Source of the DNA: a virus
Taxonomy: Duplodnaviria > Caudoviricetes
Strand: one strand, 5' to 3'
Virus record (IMG/VR): IMGVR_UViG_3300032216_000524
Span: 12,035 to 76,034 of that record
Length of the DNA stretch: 64,000 nt
Shown: piece by piece, positions 46,417 to 56,647 of the stretch
Numbering within the stretch: the stretch's first letter is position 1
Layout of the letters: every line of letters begins with the position of its first letter
Position numbers and translations under genes: made by a program
The notes under the pieces: model-generated
The model's database searches: none
Told to the model about the DNA's origin: nothing
What the model saw: the letters and a program-made list of their open reading frames with translations, nothing else

Positions 46417-49400
46417 TATGTACAAGCAATGATTCTTAAATCTTTAACTTTTGTTATTTCAGATCCATTAGAAGAAGTAAATACCAATTTAACTGTAAAG
46501 GCATCAAATGCTCCCAAATTATTTTTAGTAAAGTTTACTTCACTAAATGTTTCATTACCGAATTGAACTTTTGGTAATAACGAATCTGGTGGTAACAATG
46601 TATAGTTTATAGAATCATAAGAATCTTTAAAACCAACTGGAGATACTTTATAGTAAACAGAAACATTTGAATTTGTTGGCGAAACTACAGACATAATAAC
46701 TTTCAGCGTATTTGCTGGAGTTGATAGGTTTGTTTTCTGAGTTACATATTTACTAATTGTAGAACTACCAATTGGAGAAATTTCACTGATAAAAGTATTA
46801 CCTTGAGTGATTGTTATCGTATCACCAGCAGATTTACTAGTAAACGAAACAGGAGTAACAACATTACCTGTTTCAGTTCCAAGAGTTATTGAAGTTCCAT
46901 CTGTTGCTATTGCAGTAATTACATATGATCCATTATTTCCAGCAGCAGGACTAGTAGCACCACTAATAGTTAAATAACGACCAACTTTTGCTGTTAAAAA
47001 GATGCCTTTGGTATTTGAATCTGAAGTAGTGATTGTAGCACCACTAAATCCAACTGTGTTGTTTGAAGTTAAGAAAGCATTATCATCAATACCAGATTGA
47101 TTAGTGTAAGAATAATCGGGTTTATTAACTTTATTTGCAATAGCAATCAATCCAACACGAGTGGTGTCAATAACTGGCGACAATGCATCATTAGTTGAAC
47201 TAATTAGACATAACATAGATGCTGATTTATTGCCTGCAAGATAATAATCTTCATTTTGTTTTGATGCAACTATTCTTGCAGTTGGGAAATCGTTATTGTC
47301 ACCCAGTGTTATACCATTCCAGTCTGTGTCTCTAGAATATGGAGCTTCAGATCCATCGATCGATGTTCCACTTGTAGTTTTAACTGAGAATAAAGATGAA
47401 GTTTCAGAAAAAGTTTGAATTTGTGCAGTAGGTTGTAGAGTGTTATACGCAATCTGCCCATTCGCTTGAACAGTAGCACCACCAGTATAACCATATTGGG
47501 TTGCTGGAGTTGTTGTATTAATTATATAATTATCATGATCAACAACGACTGCAACAGTTTGTATTTTATATACTTCAGTGGCAGGTATTCCATTTACAGA
47601 AGGAACAATTCTAAATCCAGTATTTGTAGCTAATGTAATCGCAGCATTAGAAACTAATGTCAATGCAATATTACTTCCACTAGAAACAGAAGATACAACA
47701 CCAACATATCTTGGAATTGTTTCATTAGTATAGATAACATCACCTTTACCAACAGTTAAATTTCCAATTTCTGTTTGGAATGCTGTTGAGTGTCCAGTAA
47801 CTGTTGCTAATCCAGTTGAACAAGTGATTGTTCCAGTGGCAACTATTCCATGAACCATCGTATCATCAGTATTGCTTATTGTAACAAGACTGGTTGGAGA
47901 CAAACCATGGTTTCTTTGATAAATTTTAATTTTTGCAGAATTGGTATTAGTTTCAATAGAATTTGGGTCTAGTGTAGTTGTTGGTAACTGATCATTTACA
48001 AATTCAACATTACCTTGAACTGAAGTATCAAATTTCGCTCTGTAGATCGTAAACATTAAATCTTCATTTTGATCTGCAGACCATGTAGATCCGTTTTGTG
48101 ATTTAAACAAAACACCAGCATATGGCTGTTGAGAAATAGTTCTAGAAGATCCTGGAATTTGATCGCCCATACGAGCAACCCATGCATTGTATCCATTAGA
48201 ATCAGAAGCAACAACCAAGGCATATGAAGTTGCGTCTTTTACATAAACAGGAGATGGGAATGTGAATCTTGTTGGTGTATCATAAGAGGGAACTTGTGAT
48301 CCATCTGGTAATGTTACTTTATTTGTAGAAATACTTACCTGTTCTGGATTGAGAGCAACTCGAGAAAACGGAAGAATATTAATACCTGGATACCCATTAA
48401 CAACTTCACGGATTTCAATATGAACAGGAACTTTTGTATCTTTTGTAGCAAAGAATAAATCAACACCTGTTAAAAATGCACCTCCTGGACTACTTACCAT
48501 AAAGGTTTCAGCTAGCGGATCCCACCAACCAGTATCTGAAATAATACGCTCTGATGTTTGAGTGATTGTTCTTGTGTCAGAAACTTGGTTCGGAACTAAA
48601 ATTCCGTTACGAACAGCATTATATGTTGCTTGTTTAACCTGAAGGATTCCTTGTGCATAGTATGTAGCAGAACCTTTTGTAGATGGCACAGAATTGGCTG
48701 CAGAATCAGTTAAGGTAAGAGTTCTCTGCCCACAACGGAATCGAATAGAATCACTATTCGGTATCAAGAACAAGAATTGCGCTTTGCCATTAACATCAGT
48801 TACTAACGAGTCACCTTCACCTTTAACTGTCGGTGCGGTAACAATAGTTCCAACATTATTACTAATACTACCAGTAATAGTCTCAGTAGCTTGGAATGTT
48901 CCTTTAATATTAACTACATAAACATTTCTAGTTACAATTACATTAGAGTCATTTGATATGTTTTCAGTTCCAACAACAACAGCTGTTGCACCAGAAGTTG
49001 CACCAGTGATAACATCACCAGTATTTAAACATAGTTGAGAGTCACCATTTATTAATCGTGCTGCACCAACTACATCACTACCAACAGATCGATCAGTATT
49101 AAATTGTGCAGTTCCAGTAAATGTTATTTTTGTTGCTGGGGTGCAATAAGTTGTAATATCTTGACTGTCAAACGCAGCATAAAGTTGAGTTAGTGGTTTC
49201 ATTCCAGTTGTTTGAACAAGAATATGTCTTGAACGGATATATGGAATAACTGCAGTTGATAGAATTTTATCATCAACAAATTGAGTATCTATTCTTGCAA
49301 CAACTTGAGTATTTACTCCAGTTCTTGATTGGCCAATTTGAGTAGCAAATGTTTGACTTGTAATTTGTCTAGCATTACCAGATCCAAGATTACCAAATTT

Positions 49401-52400
49401 TGCTTGCATTTCGTTTTGATCTAAATACACATCACCTTGACGAGATGCCCAGTTACTACCAAAAGTATATCTAATAGCACCAGTCAACGCTTGTGTGCCA
49501 GTCCATTGAGTCTGCCAAGCATTCCAAACTGTTCCAAGCACTCCAGCTTTTTCAGCTAAAGAAGCAATAGTATTAAAATCACCTTCGACATTATTAATAA
49601 TATCAGGGCGACGCTCGACCTCAAACCAATTATCTGAAGGAGGGTTTAAATTTACCTGCCCTAAGAATGTAAAGATAGCAAATGGATTAATGTTTTCTAA
49701 ACGAGATCCATATGGCTGAGAAATCAATACAGGATTATCAATAATTGGTAAAGTGATCAAACCACCAGTATTTTTATAATTTGCTAAAGCACGATCAGAA
49801 TTAGTTGCAACTTTTTCAATTAAATTTACATTTTGCATCGTGTAAAAGGGGCGCAAAATATTATTTTCCATATCAATTGAACAGAAATAATCTACATTAT
49901 TAACATCACCAACAGAATGTCCACTAAAATTATCAACAATAAACCCATTTTTAAATCTGTTCAATCCAGTTGCAGAATCAATAATAGCAGTAGCTTGAGT
50001 TTGTTGTTCAAGTAATGACAAAGATGTATAATATTCTAAAGTATTAATTCTTTGTTCTAACTTACCAATATCACGCATTGTATAGCGTTTGTTTTCATTT
50101 TTAGTAGTTCTTACATTTGAAGAAGCAGTTCCGAATGTATATGGTTCTAACTCTAATTTGTAGAGTAACATTCCCTGATTTGGATCAGAAGGATCAGCAG
50201 GATTTGATCCTGGATTTCCAGCAATTTGATAAAAATTACCCTTTCGATCTATAGCAATTTTATCAGTTCTACCAAGATAGTAACTAATATCAGCTTCGAG
50301 ATCTATACCTCTTTTTGGGACAAGAGAGCATTGTCCAGAGTTTGTTGCATTAACAAAAGTCGTTCCATTATCATCAATTCTTGGTCTAAAATCAATAAGA
50401 TCACGAAGAGGGATTCCATTAAATGAAGGAATCATTTTATAATCGATACTACGATAAGAATCTACTGTAAAATAATCTCCATTGCCATGCGTGAAGTATT
50501 CGAATACAATTTGAACAGGCGCATTTGGTGCAGTATAAGATGGTTTTAAGATTAATTTAGAAAGACCATAATAGGAAATGGTTTGCCCATTATCAAAATT
50601 ATAACGATCTGAAATGTCAATAGAATAATTATTGTTTGGAGCAGCAAAAGTTCCAGTATCCATAAATACGCTAATAATTCTAAAAACATCAGGTACACCT
50701 AGAGATAAAACTGAAGCAGTTGCAGTAGCCTGAGTTGTAAATGTTACGGTTGTAGCATCAGAAAGAGTTTTTGATTTTCTTGTTAAACTTGATCCTGTTT
50801 TTACAACACCACCGATAACACTAAACGATCTAGCTGCATATGTATCAGATAAAGTAAATACAGTTGATGTACTATTTACAGAAATGCTACCAGAAGAAAG
50901 TGGAATAGTTTTACCTGTTGTATTATCAACTACTTGATAATTATCAGATTGAGCTGCTGAAATCATATTTCCGCTAGTAGCAGAAATATTTAAAGTACAA
51001 GTACCACCAGATCCTGCGGATGATGTTGCACTAAATTTCTCGTATGCTGTATAATTAATTCTGTTTGTTCCGTCTGAACCAGTTACAGATTTGGTAGCAT
51101 AATATGGAAGTGGAAATAATAGCGATTCATTTTGTGGTTCAAAAATCTGAATAGCAACTTTACCGATTGTTGTTCCAGTTACTGTAATTGCAGTATCAAC
51201 TGTAATGGATGTTTGACTATTAATCGCAGTTACTCTACGATATGGTCCTGTGAATCCATTAAAGTACACATAATCACCAACAGCCAAATCTGTTTGGAAT
51301 GAAGTTCCAGCACCAGTAATGGTTTGAGAAGTGCTAGTAACGCTACCAGTAATTGGTCTAATACCAGGAATATTATTCCAAATTGGAATAATATCTGAAG
51401 TGAAATCGTAACTAAGACCACCAGCAGAATTATTAAAATAAACAGCTTTTACATTAGTTGAAAAATTATAACCTTGTGACATTTTAATGTCGAATAATCC
51501 AAGTTTATAGTACGCAGATTGAGTGCCGATAGTTCCACTATCCCATTCAATAAAACGAACACGAGCAGTACCGACTAGATTACCATTATGAGTACCACGA
51601 CCATCTTTCTGAGCAGTTGCTGCACTAATTGTAACAGCACCATTTGCAACTAAGGTTAAGTGGGTATTATCTGTAATAGTTGCAACAGTACCAGCATAAA
51701 TTCCCGAAGAGTTATAGATATTTTGCCCAACAATCAACTCAGTAGTAAAAACAGTACTTGTTCCAGTAACAGCAGTTGTTCCAGTACCAACAGTAAGAGT
51801 GCCTGTCAACGCAGTAGTCGCTTGCATTGTATATTGATCATACAAAGACACAATACCAAAAGAATCAACTGGAGGTAGCCCATTGATTGCATTTACTAAA
51901 ATATAGTTACCAACAGTTTGTGGAACTAAAGCACCAACTACTTGAACTTGGTGATTTGAATTTCTGCATTTGTCGATATAAACATATTCAGCAGCAACTT
52001 TTTGAATTTCGTATCCATCAACATATGCTTTAGCTGGCTCAAATCCAATTGCTAGCTGATCGTCACTACCATCAATAGTGATACCACGATTCCATGCTGG
52101 GTTTAATGTATATTCCCAATTTATACCAGTGTTACCATTTCCATCATAAACAGATCCACTAGTATGTGTTGGCGGAACTGCAGTTGCAGAATTCCCAGCA
52201 TTTTTAGCGGTGTAATAATTTCCATTATTAGCAACAATGTCCCCAACAATAAAGGCAGTTGGAACACTTGGCCACGAACCACGATTATTTGTTCTTGCTT
52301 CACGAACATCAATTGTAAATGGTGTAACAGTATAGTTTCCAGATTCATCAGCTGTGCGTCTGGCGAGAGTGTCTTCGAGAACATTATACTGGGTAGTACT

Positions 52401-53228
52401 AACTAAACGCTGTAATTGTCCACTGTTTACCTTTAACAATTCAACGAAATTTGAATCATCTTCACTATTAATAGGCAATTTTGTTAATATTAAATCAATG
52501 TGATATCTATGAGCACCAGGAGCAGCAAAGTTATAAGAAGTTTGTGCATTGTCTAGAAGAGTTTCATCATCTTCTGGAACAATTAAAGTTTCAACAATAG
52601 ATAAACCAACACGATATGATGGGGTATCACTATACTTGTCAAGAACAATAGTTTGAGCCCCACCAGTTACTGTATCTGCGCAAAGAGTGAAAAATCCATT
52701 TACATAGTAAACACCTCTTTGAACAGTAGCTAAAGAACCAATACCAGTAGGATCGGAAGCTGCTACTTTAAATGGGAAATTTGAACCATCATCAATTGTC
52801 ACAGTTTCGTCAGCGACAAAAGTGTGAACTATACCATCTGTCGCTGAAGTTGTATATCGAACAAAAATTGTAGTTGGATCAGATACAGTTGCACGAGCAA
52901 CTTTAATAATTTGAGCTTTGATTCCATTAGAACCAGTAACGAATTTGTTCTCTAAATTTTGAACGAATGTTTCAACATTAACTCCATCATAAGAAGGATT
53001 TAACTTAACATATTGAGCTTTTGTGTCAATAGAAATTTGTCCTGGAATAACCATTGATCCTTGTTTATACAAAGAATCGCCATTTCTGGACATTTGATTT
53101 TGGAGAATTGTTTGGAGCTGAGTTAATTCTCTGGCTTGAACTGCAAACCCTGGACGAAAGAGGACACGATAAAATTTATTATCCTCAACATAATCGTCAT
53201 TATAAGGTTCGGTATTGAAATTTAACAT
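46416..53228 (-). CDS. Very large virion structural protein (2270 aa), DUF4815/VrlC-like
   Basis: N-terminal FNTEPYNDDY...KFYRVLFRPGFAVQARELTQLQTILQNQ; APGAHRY; RYTMRDIGKLEQRI..LEYYTSLSLLE; RFKNGFIVDNF; DPLAETF; LFKSQNGSTW; C-terminal DLRIIA. Confidence 0.9.
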   Translation of the reverse strand: MLNFNTEPYNDDYVEDNKFYRVLFRPGFAVQARELTQLQTILQNQMSRNGDSLYKQGSMVIPGQISIDTKAQYVKLNPSYDGVNVETFVQNLENKFVTGSNGIKAQIIKVARATVSDPTTIFVRYTTSATDGIVHTFVADETVTIDDGSNFPFKVAASDPTGIGSLATVQRGVYYVNGFFTLCADTVTGGAQTIVLDKYSDTPSYRVGLSIVETLIVPEDDETLLDNAQTSYNFAAPGAHRYHIDLILTKLPINSEDDSNFVELLKVNSGQLQRLVSTTQYNVLEDTLARRTADESGNYTVTPFTIDVREARTNNRGSWPSVPTAFIVGDIVANNGNYYTAKNAGNSATAVPPTHTSGSVYDGNGNTGINWEYTLNPAWNRGITIDGSDDQLAIGFEPAKAYVDGYEIQKVAAEYVYIDKCRNSNHQVQVVGALVPQTVGNYILVNAINGLPPVDSFGIVSLYDQYTMQATTALTGTLTVGTGTTAVTGTSTVFTTELIVGQNIYNSSGIYAGTVATITDNTHLTLVANGAVTISAATAQKDGRGTHNGNLVGTARVRFIEWDSGTIGTQSAYYKLGLFDIKMSQGYNFSTNVKAVYFNNSAGGLSYDFTSDIIPIWNNIPGIRPITGSVTSTSQTITGAGTSFQTDLAVGDYVYFNGFTGPYRRVTAINSQTSITVDTAITVTGTTIGKVAIQIFEPQNESLLFPLPYYATKSVTGSDGTNRINYTAYEKFSATSSAGSGGTCTLNISATSGNMISAAQSDNYQVVDNTTGKTIPLSSGSISVNSTSTVFTLSDTYAARSFSVIGGVVKTGSSLTRKSKTLSDATTVTFTTQATATASVLSLGVPDVFRIISVFMDTGTFAAPNNNYSIDISDRYNFDNGQTISYYGLSKLILKPSYTAPNAPVQIVFEYFTHGNGDYFTVDSYRSIDYKMIPSFNGIPLRDLIDFRPRIDDNGTTFVNATNSGQCSLVPKRGIDLEADISYYLGRTDKIAIDRKGNFYQIAGNPGSNPADPSDPNQGMLLYKLELEPYTFGTASSNVRTTKNENKRYTMRDIGKLEQRINTLEYYTSLSLLEQQTQATAIIDSATGLNRFKNGFIVDNFSGHSVGDVNNVDYFCSIDMENNILRPFYTMQNVNLIEKVATNSDRALANYKNTGGLITLPIIDNPVLISQPYGSRLENINPFAIFTFLGQVNLNPPSDNWFEVERRPDIINNVEGDFNTIASLAEKAGVLGTVWNAWQTQWTGTQALTGAIRYTFGSNWASRQGDVYLDQNEMQAKFGNLGSGNARQITSQTFATQIGQSRTGVNTQVVARIDTQFVDDKILSTAVIPYIRSRHILVQTTGMKPLTQLYAAFDSQDITTYCTPATKITFTGTAQFNTDRSVGSDVVGAARLINGDSQLCLNTGDVITGATSGATAVVVGTENISNDSNVIVTRNVYVVNIKGTFQATETITGSISNNVGTIVTAPTVKGEGDSLVTDVNGKAQFLFLIPNSDSIRFRCGQRTLTLTDSAANSVPSTKGSATYYAQGILQVKQATYNAVRNGILVPNQVSDTRTITQTSERIISDTGWWDPLAETFMVSSPGGAFLTGVDLFFATKDTKVPVHIEIREVVNGYPGINILPFSRVALNPEQVSISTNKVTLPDGSQVPSYDTPTRFTFPSPVYVKDATSYALVVASDSNGYNAWVARMGDQIPGSSRTISQQPYAGVLFKSQNGSTWSADQNEDLMFTIYRAKFDTSVQGNVEFVNDQLPTTTLDPNSIETNTNSAKIKIYQRNHGLSPTSLVTISNTDDTMVHGIVATGTITCSTGLATVTGHSTAFQTEIGNLTVGKGDVIYTNETIPRYVGVVSSVSSGSNIALTLVSNAAITLATNTGFRIVPSVNGIPATEVYKIQTVAVVVDHDNYIINTTTPATQYGYTGGATVQANGQIAYNTLQPTAQIQTFSETSSLFSVKTTSGTSIDGSEAPYSRDTDWNGITLGDNNDFPTARIVASKQNEDYYLAGNKSASMLCLISSTNDALSPVIDTTRVGLIAIANKVNKPDYSYTNQSGIDDNAFLTSNNTVGFSGATITTSDSNTKGIFLTAKVGRYLTISGATSPAAGNNGSYVITAIATDGTSITLGTETGNVVTPVSFTSKSAGDTITITQGNTFISEISPIGSSTISKYVTQKTNLSTPANTLKVIMSVVSPTNSNVSVYYKVSPVGFKDSYDSINYTLLPPDSLLPKVQFGNETFSEVNFTKNNLGAFDAFTVKLVFTSSNGSEITKVKDLRIIACT

Positions 53229-53257
53229 ATTTCGTTCTTCTATTTTTGGTTACACAC

Positions 53258-53264
53258 TATTTAG
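53258..53264 (-). promoter_or_regulatory. Late promoter (CTAAATA) upstream of the 2270-aa gene
   Basis: CTAAATA 1 nt after the gp8 stop. Confidence 0.6.
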
Positions 53265-53265
53265 T

Positions 53266-56154
53266 TTAAAATCTTACCACAGTTCTAAGCGTAACGCTTT
53301 CATCTGCAGATGGAGTAAATCCAGCTTTGTTGTCAATAAACAAAAGATCACCAGAATATTTATCAACAGTTGGGTTACCTATTTGAGTAACAGTAAAAAA
53401 TTGATTAAATGGGTTACTTAAAAGGTCGGAAACTTGTGGCGGATCATTATCCAACATTTGAATCAGCATACCTGTTCCTGTAGCATTTGTTGAAATAACC
53501 CTATAATTTTTGTATAAAGTTACACCATTAACAATTCTTGGTGTAGTTAATAACATATCGGGTGAGAACTGAGTAATATCATAATTACCTTCTACAACAA
53601 AACATGCGGATCCTAAAGCAGAATCATATCTATTTGATACTCCATATCCACGAAGATTTTTAATAATACCAACCTGACGATAATCGTTATTTACATCAAA
53701 CCCTTGATTTTTATCTAACGATACATTACTATAAAACATCAAAGTTCTTGCAAACAATTCTTCAAAAGCAGATTTACCATGACCACCGAATGGTGAAATG
53801 ATTGCTCTAGCAGTAGCACCAAAACCATTACCAGTAATTGTAATTTTAGCCCATGTATAACCAGAACCTGCATTTATAATGTTAATTTTTACAATTTTAC
53901 CGTTATATAAAGATGCTCTTGCAATCAAACCAATTCCATCGCCCTCAACTGATACTGTTGCAGTACCGTATCCATACCCTTGACTTACAATTTGAATATT
54001 GTTAATAGAACCATCAACAGTTAATAATTCGTTGTTTGCTTGTAATGTATTGATATTACCAATAGCAATATCTGCAGCCAAATCCGCAAGAGTTCCATCT
54101 CCTGAAACAGTTAATTTCGCAGTACTGTATCCAACCCCTGGATTATCAATTTGAACACCAACAATTTGACCATTCTCTAAAAGAGGAATTAACTTAGCAG
54201 CAGAAGGAGCACTTTGCATCAATGCAATAAAACCAGAACCTGTTGTTGTAGAAACTGTTACAGCTGGGTTTCCGTTATAACCAGCACCATATCTTAACGA
54301 TGCTTCACCTGAAGCAGCATGGCCAGCGTAAATTAAGGTGGCAGTACCATTAGTAATAGGTACACCAATATTTGTACCTACTGGTGCAGTAGTACCTGTT
54401 GTACCACCATTAGTTACTGTATACAATCTATTAGCAACAAAATATTGCTGACCAATAGATACAGTAGTTGAAGCTGTCCATACATTTCCGATAGTAACTG
54501 TTGGAGCAATCGGATAGTTATTTCCTGGATCTGTAATAATAATTCTTTTTATAATTCCAGTTGGCGATAGATCTGCAAATGCTTGTGGTAAATCTAACTC
54601 ATTACTTAATGTATGAGAAGAACCAACACCAGCTCCAGTTAAATTAACTGCAACTCCATTCATAGCATTATCATATGTAGAAGCCAGTTTTACTGTAGTC
54701 GATGAAGTTTTAATAATCCAATATGTTGTATTGTTTACTAGTCCAGGAATTGTTGTGCCACCACCATTTTTATATGTTACTCGATCACCATCCATAAACC
54801 AATGCGAACCAACAGTAATAGTTTCAGTTCCTGTATTAACTCCAGTACCAGAAAAAGTCTTTGTTGGTGGTGTAAATGTAATCGTAGGATTAGATGTATA
54901 CCCATAACCATAGTCTGTTAAGTTTACTTCTTTAATGCTGCCTAATACATTAACAGTTACTGCTCCGCTTTCATTGAATGATGGATATACTCTAGGTATA
55001 GAACCAACAAATTTAAAAGCAACACTACCATTAAGAACAGTTCCTGCGTGGTGCGTTGGTTCTACCTCAGAAGTCGTACCTGCTTGAACTACTTCGTAAA
55101 TATTATTGGTAGAAGATAAAATAAATGTTCCAAAATAATATTGAGTTAATGGCAACCAAGAAGAAGATGTATCGATAGGTTTTGCAATAACAATATCATC
55201 ACCATCAGAGTATCCTGTTCCATGGTTTGTATAATAAACGCTAGTCAAAAATACTGGGTCAGCTTCTAAGTATCCATCTCCTGTAACAGAAATAGTTGCT
55301 TGAGTATAATCCATACCTCTGTTTTGGATAATAACAGATTCAATACCACCAGCAGAATAAAATTGTTCTGTAAGGGCAGTAATAACTGGCATTTGGTCAT
55401 TAGTCAAAAACTTTGTTCTAAGCGCAATAGGCACATTGAACATGTACTTCCAAATATAACCATCAGCCAATGTTATTGGAGCAACTTGAGTTCCGATTGG
55501 TTTTGAAGTTGACTTTGCATTATTGTTATTGTCGATACATTTATAAACATTATACTCGTCGGTCATAATATAAAATCTAGCATCTTCTAATTTCTGAGAA
55601 TTGCTTGGTGCTTTAGATAATACACCAACTGCTCTTGCAGCAGAAGGAGAAGTTCCTCCGTTAATAAATGACACTTGTGGAGGGTTTGTATAACCAGATC
55701 CAGTATGAACCATATCAATAGATGTAACTGAACCATTAGTTAAATTTGCAACTGCAGTAGCTTGGACACCACCAAACACATTTGGTGGTTCAATAACAAT
55801 ATCAGGTGGGCTGGTATAATTACCACCACCATCAGTTAAATTCAATCCAATAACTTCAGTAGAATACTGATCGTCATATATGTCATAGATTGTCCCAGAA
55901 ACCCAATCGATTCTTGGAACAACAAATGCCACATCTGAAGGTTTGATTTCCTTCAGTGTGATCATTTCATTTCTTGTAGCCAATTCATATTTGTATGAAT
56001 CAGTTGGAAATGGTGGAGCTTGTTCATCTTCCCAATTGATAGTTTTACCAAGGAAATAGTAATATCTCGAATTACGAGATTGAACTTCTTTATACAAACC
56101 ATCAGCAATGGTTTTGTGTAAAAGAGTTTTTAAAAGGGAAGATGTGATAGCCAT
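53266..56154 (-). CDS. gp8: Baseplate wedge protein, enlarged by many inserted modules (962 aa)
   Basis: YYYFLGK..W, RIDWVSGT.YD.YDD, FYIMTDEYNVYKCIDNNN...ST.KP, DGYIWKYMF, GGHGK, NDYRQVGIIKN, DKYSGDLLFIDNK. Confidence 0.88.
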   Translation of the reverse strand: MAITSSLLKTLLHKTIADGLYKEVQSRNSRYYYFLGKTINWEDEQAPPFPTDSYKYELATRNEMITLKEIKPSDVAFVVPRIDWVSGTIYDIYDDQYSTEVIGLNLTDGGGNYTSPPDIVIEPPNVFGGVQATAVANLTNGSVTSIDMVHTGSGYTNPPQVSFINGGTSPSAARAVGVLSKAPSNSQKLEDARFYIMTDEYNVYKCIDNNNNAKSTSKPIGTQVAPITLADGYIWKYMFNVPIALRTKFLTNDQMPVITALTEQFYSAGGIESVIIQNRGMDYTQATISVTGDGYLEADPVFLTSVYYTNHGTGYSDGDDIVIAKPIDTSSSWLPLTQYYFGTFILSSTNNIYEVVQAGTTSEVEPTHHAGTVLNGSVAFKFVGSIPRVYPSFNESGAVTVNVLGSIKEVNLTDYGYGYTSNPTITFTPPTKTFSGTGVNTGTETITVGSHWFMDGDRVTYKNGGGTTIPGLVNNTTYWIIKTSSTTVKLASTYDNAMNGVAVNLTGAGVGSSHTLSNELDLPQAFADLSPTGIIKRIIITDPGNNYPIAPTVTIGNVWTASTTVSIGQQYFVANRLYTVTNGGTTGTTAPVGTNIGVPITNGTATLIYAGHAASGEASLRYGAGYNGNPAVTVSTTTGSGFIALMQSAPSAAKLIPLLENGQIVGVQIDNPGVGYSTAKLTVSGDGTLADLAADIAIGNINTLQANNELLTVDGSINNIQIVSQGYGYGTATVSVEGDGIGLIARASLYNGKIVKINIINAGSGYTWAKITITGNGFGATARAIISPFGGHGKSAFEELFARTLMFYSNVSLDKNQGFDVNNDYRQVGIIKNLRGYGVSNRYDSALGSACFVVEGNYDITQFSPDMLLTTPRIVNGVTLYKNYRVISTNATGTGMLIQMLDNDPPQVSDLLSNPFNQFFTVTQIGNPTVDKYSGDLLFIDNKAGFTPSADESVTLRTVVRF

Positions 56155-56161
56155 ATTTTTA

Positions 56162-56614
56162 TTAACTTACTGTAACAACCCAAGTGATAGCGATAGAGTC
56201 GCCAGACGCTTTGTTAACTGCAGAGAATGTAGTACGGCAAAGCATAGTACCTGATCCAGAACCACCAGCGTTAAAAACACCTGCTTCAGTAACAGCACCA
56301 GTACCAGTACCAGCTGGGAAAGTAGCAGTGTACTGAACAGTGTTTGTAGAAACAGTTGTTGCAGAAAGAGCAACACGACCAGCTTCAGTACCCAATTGAG
56401 CATCAGTAGCGTTTGGAGCAGTAGTACCAGTACCAATAGCCATGTGTGACATAGCAGTTGGTTGAGAAACAGAACCGATTCTTGAGGCAATATGGTTTTT
56501 ACCAGTAGTAACTACTAGATTCTTAACTTGTTGTTCGTTAAGAATTTCTCCTGCTGCATTTTTATGGACTATGGAAACCAGTCCAGTTGGTTTTAAAATT
56601 TCTTGCATATTCAT
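56162..56614 (-). CDS. Conserved virion/baseplate-associated protein (150 aa)
   Basis: NLVVTTGK..IA.R....SHMAIGTGTTA....D.QL.TE..R...TEAGVFN...GTMLCRT.F..VNK...D.I.ITW pattern. Confidence 0.75.
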   Translation of the reverse strand: MNMQEILKPTGLVSIVHKNAAGEILNEQQVKNLVVTTGKNHIASRIGSVSQPTAMSHMAIGTGTTAPNATDAQLGTEAGRVALSATTVSTNTVQYTATFPAGTGTGAVTEAGVFNAGGSGSGTMLCRTTFSAVNKASGDSIAITWVVTVS

Positions 56615-56647
56615 TTAGGAATCTCCTATTAGGGTTTTAATTTTATA

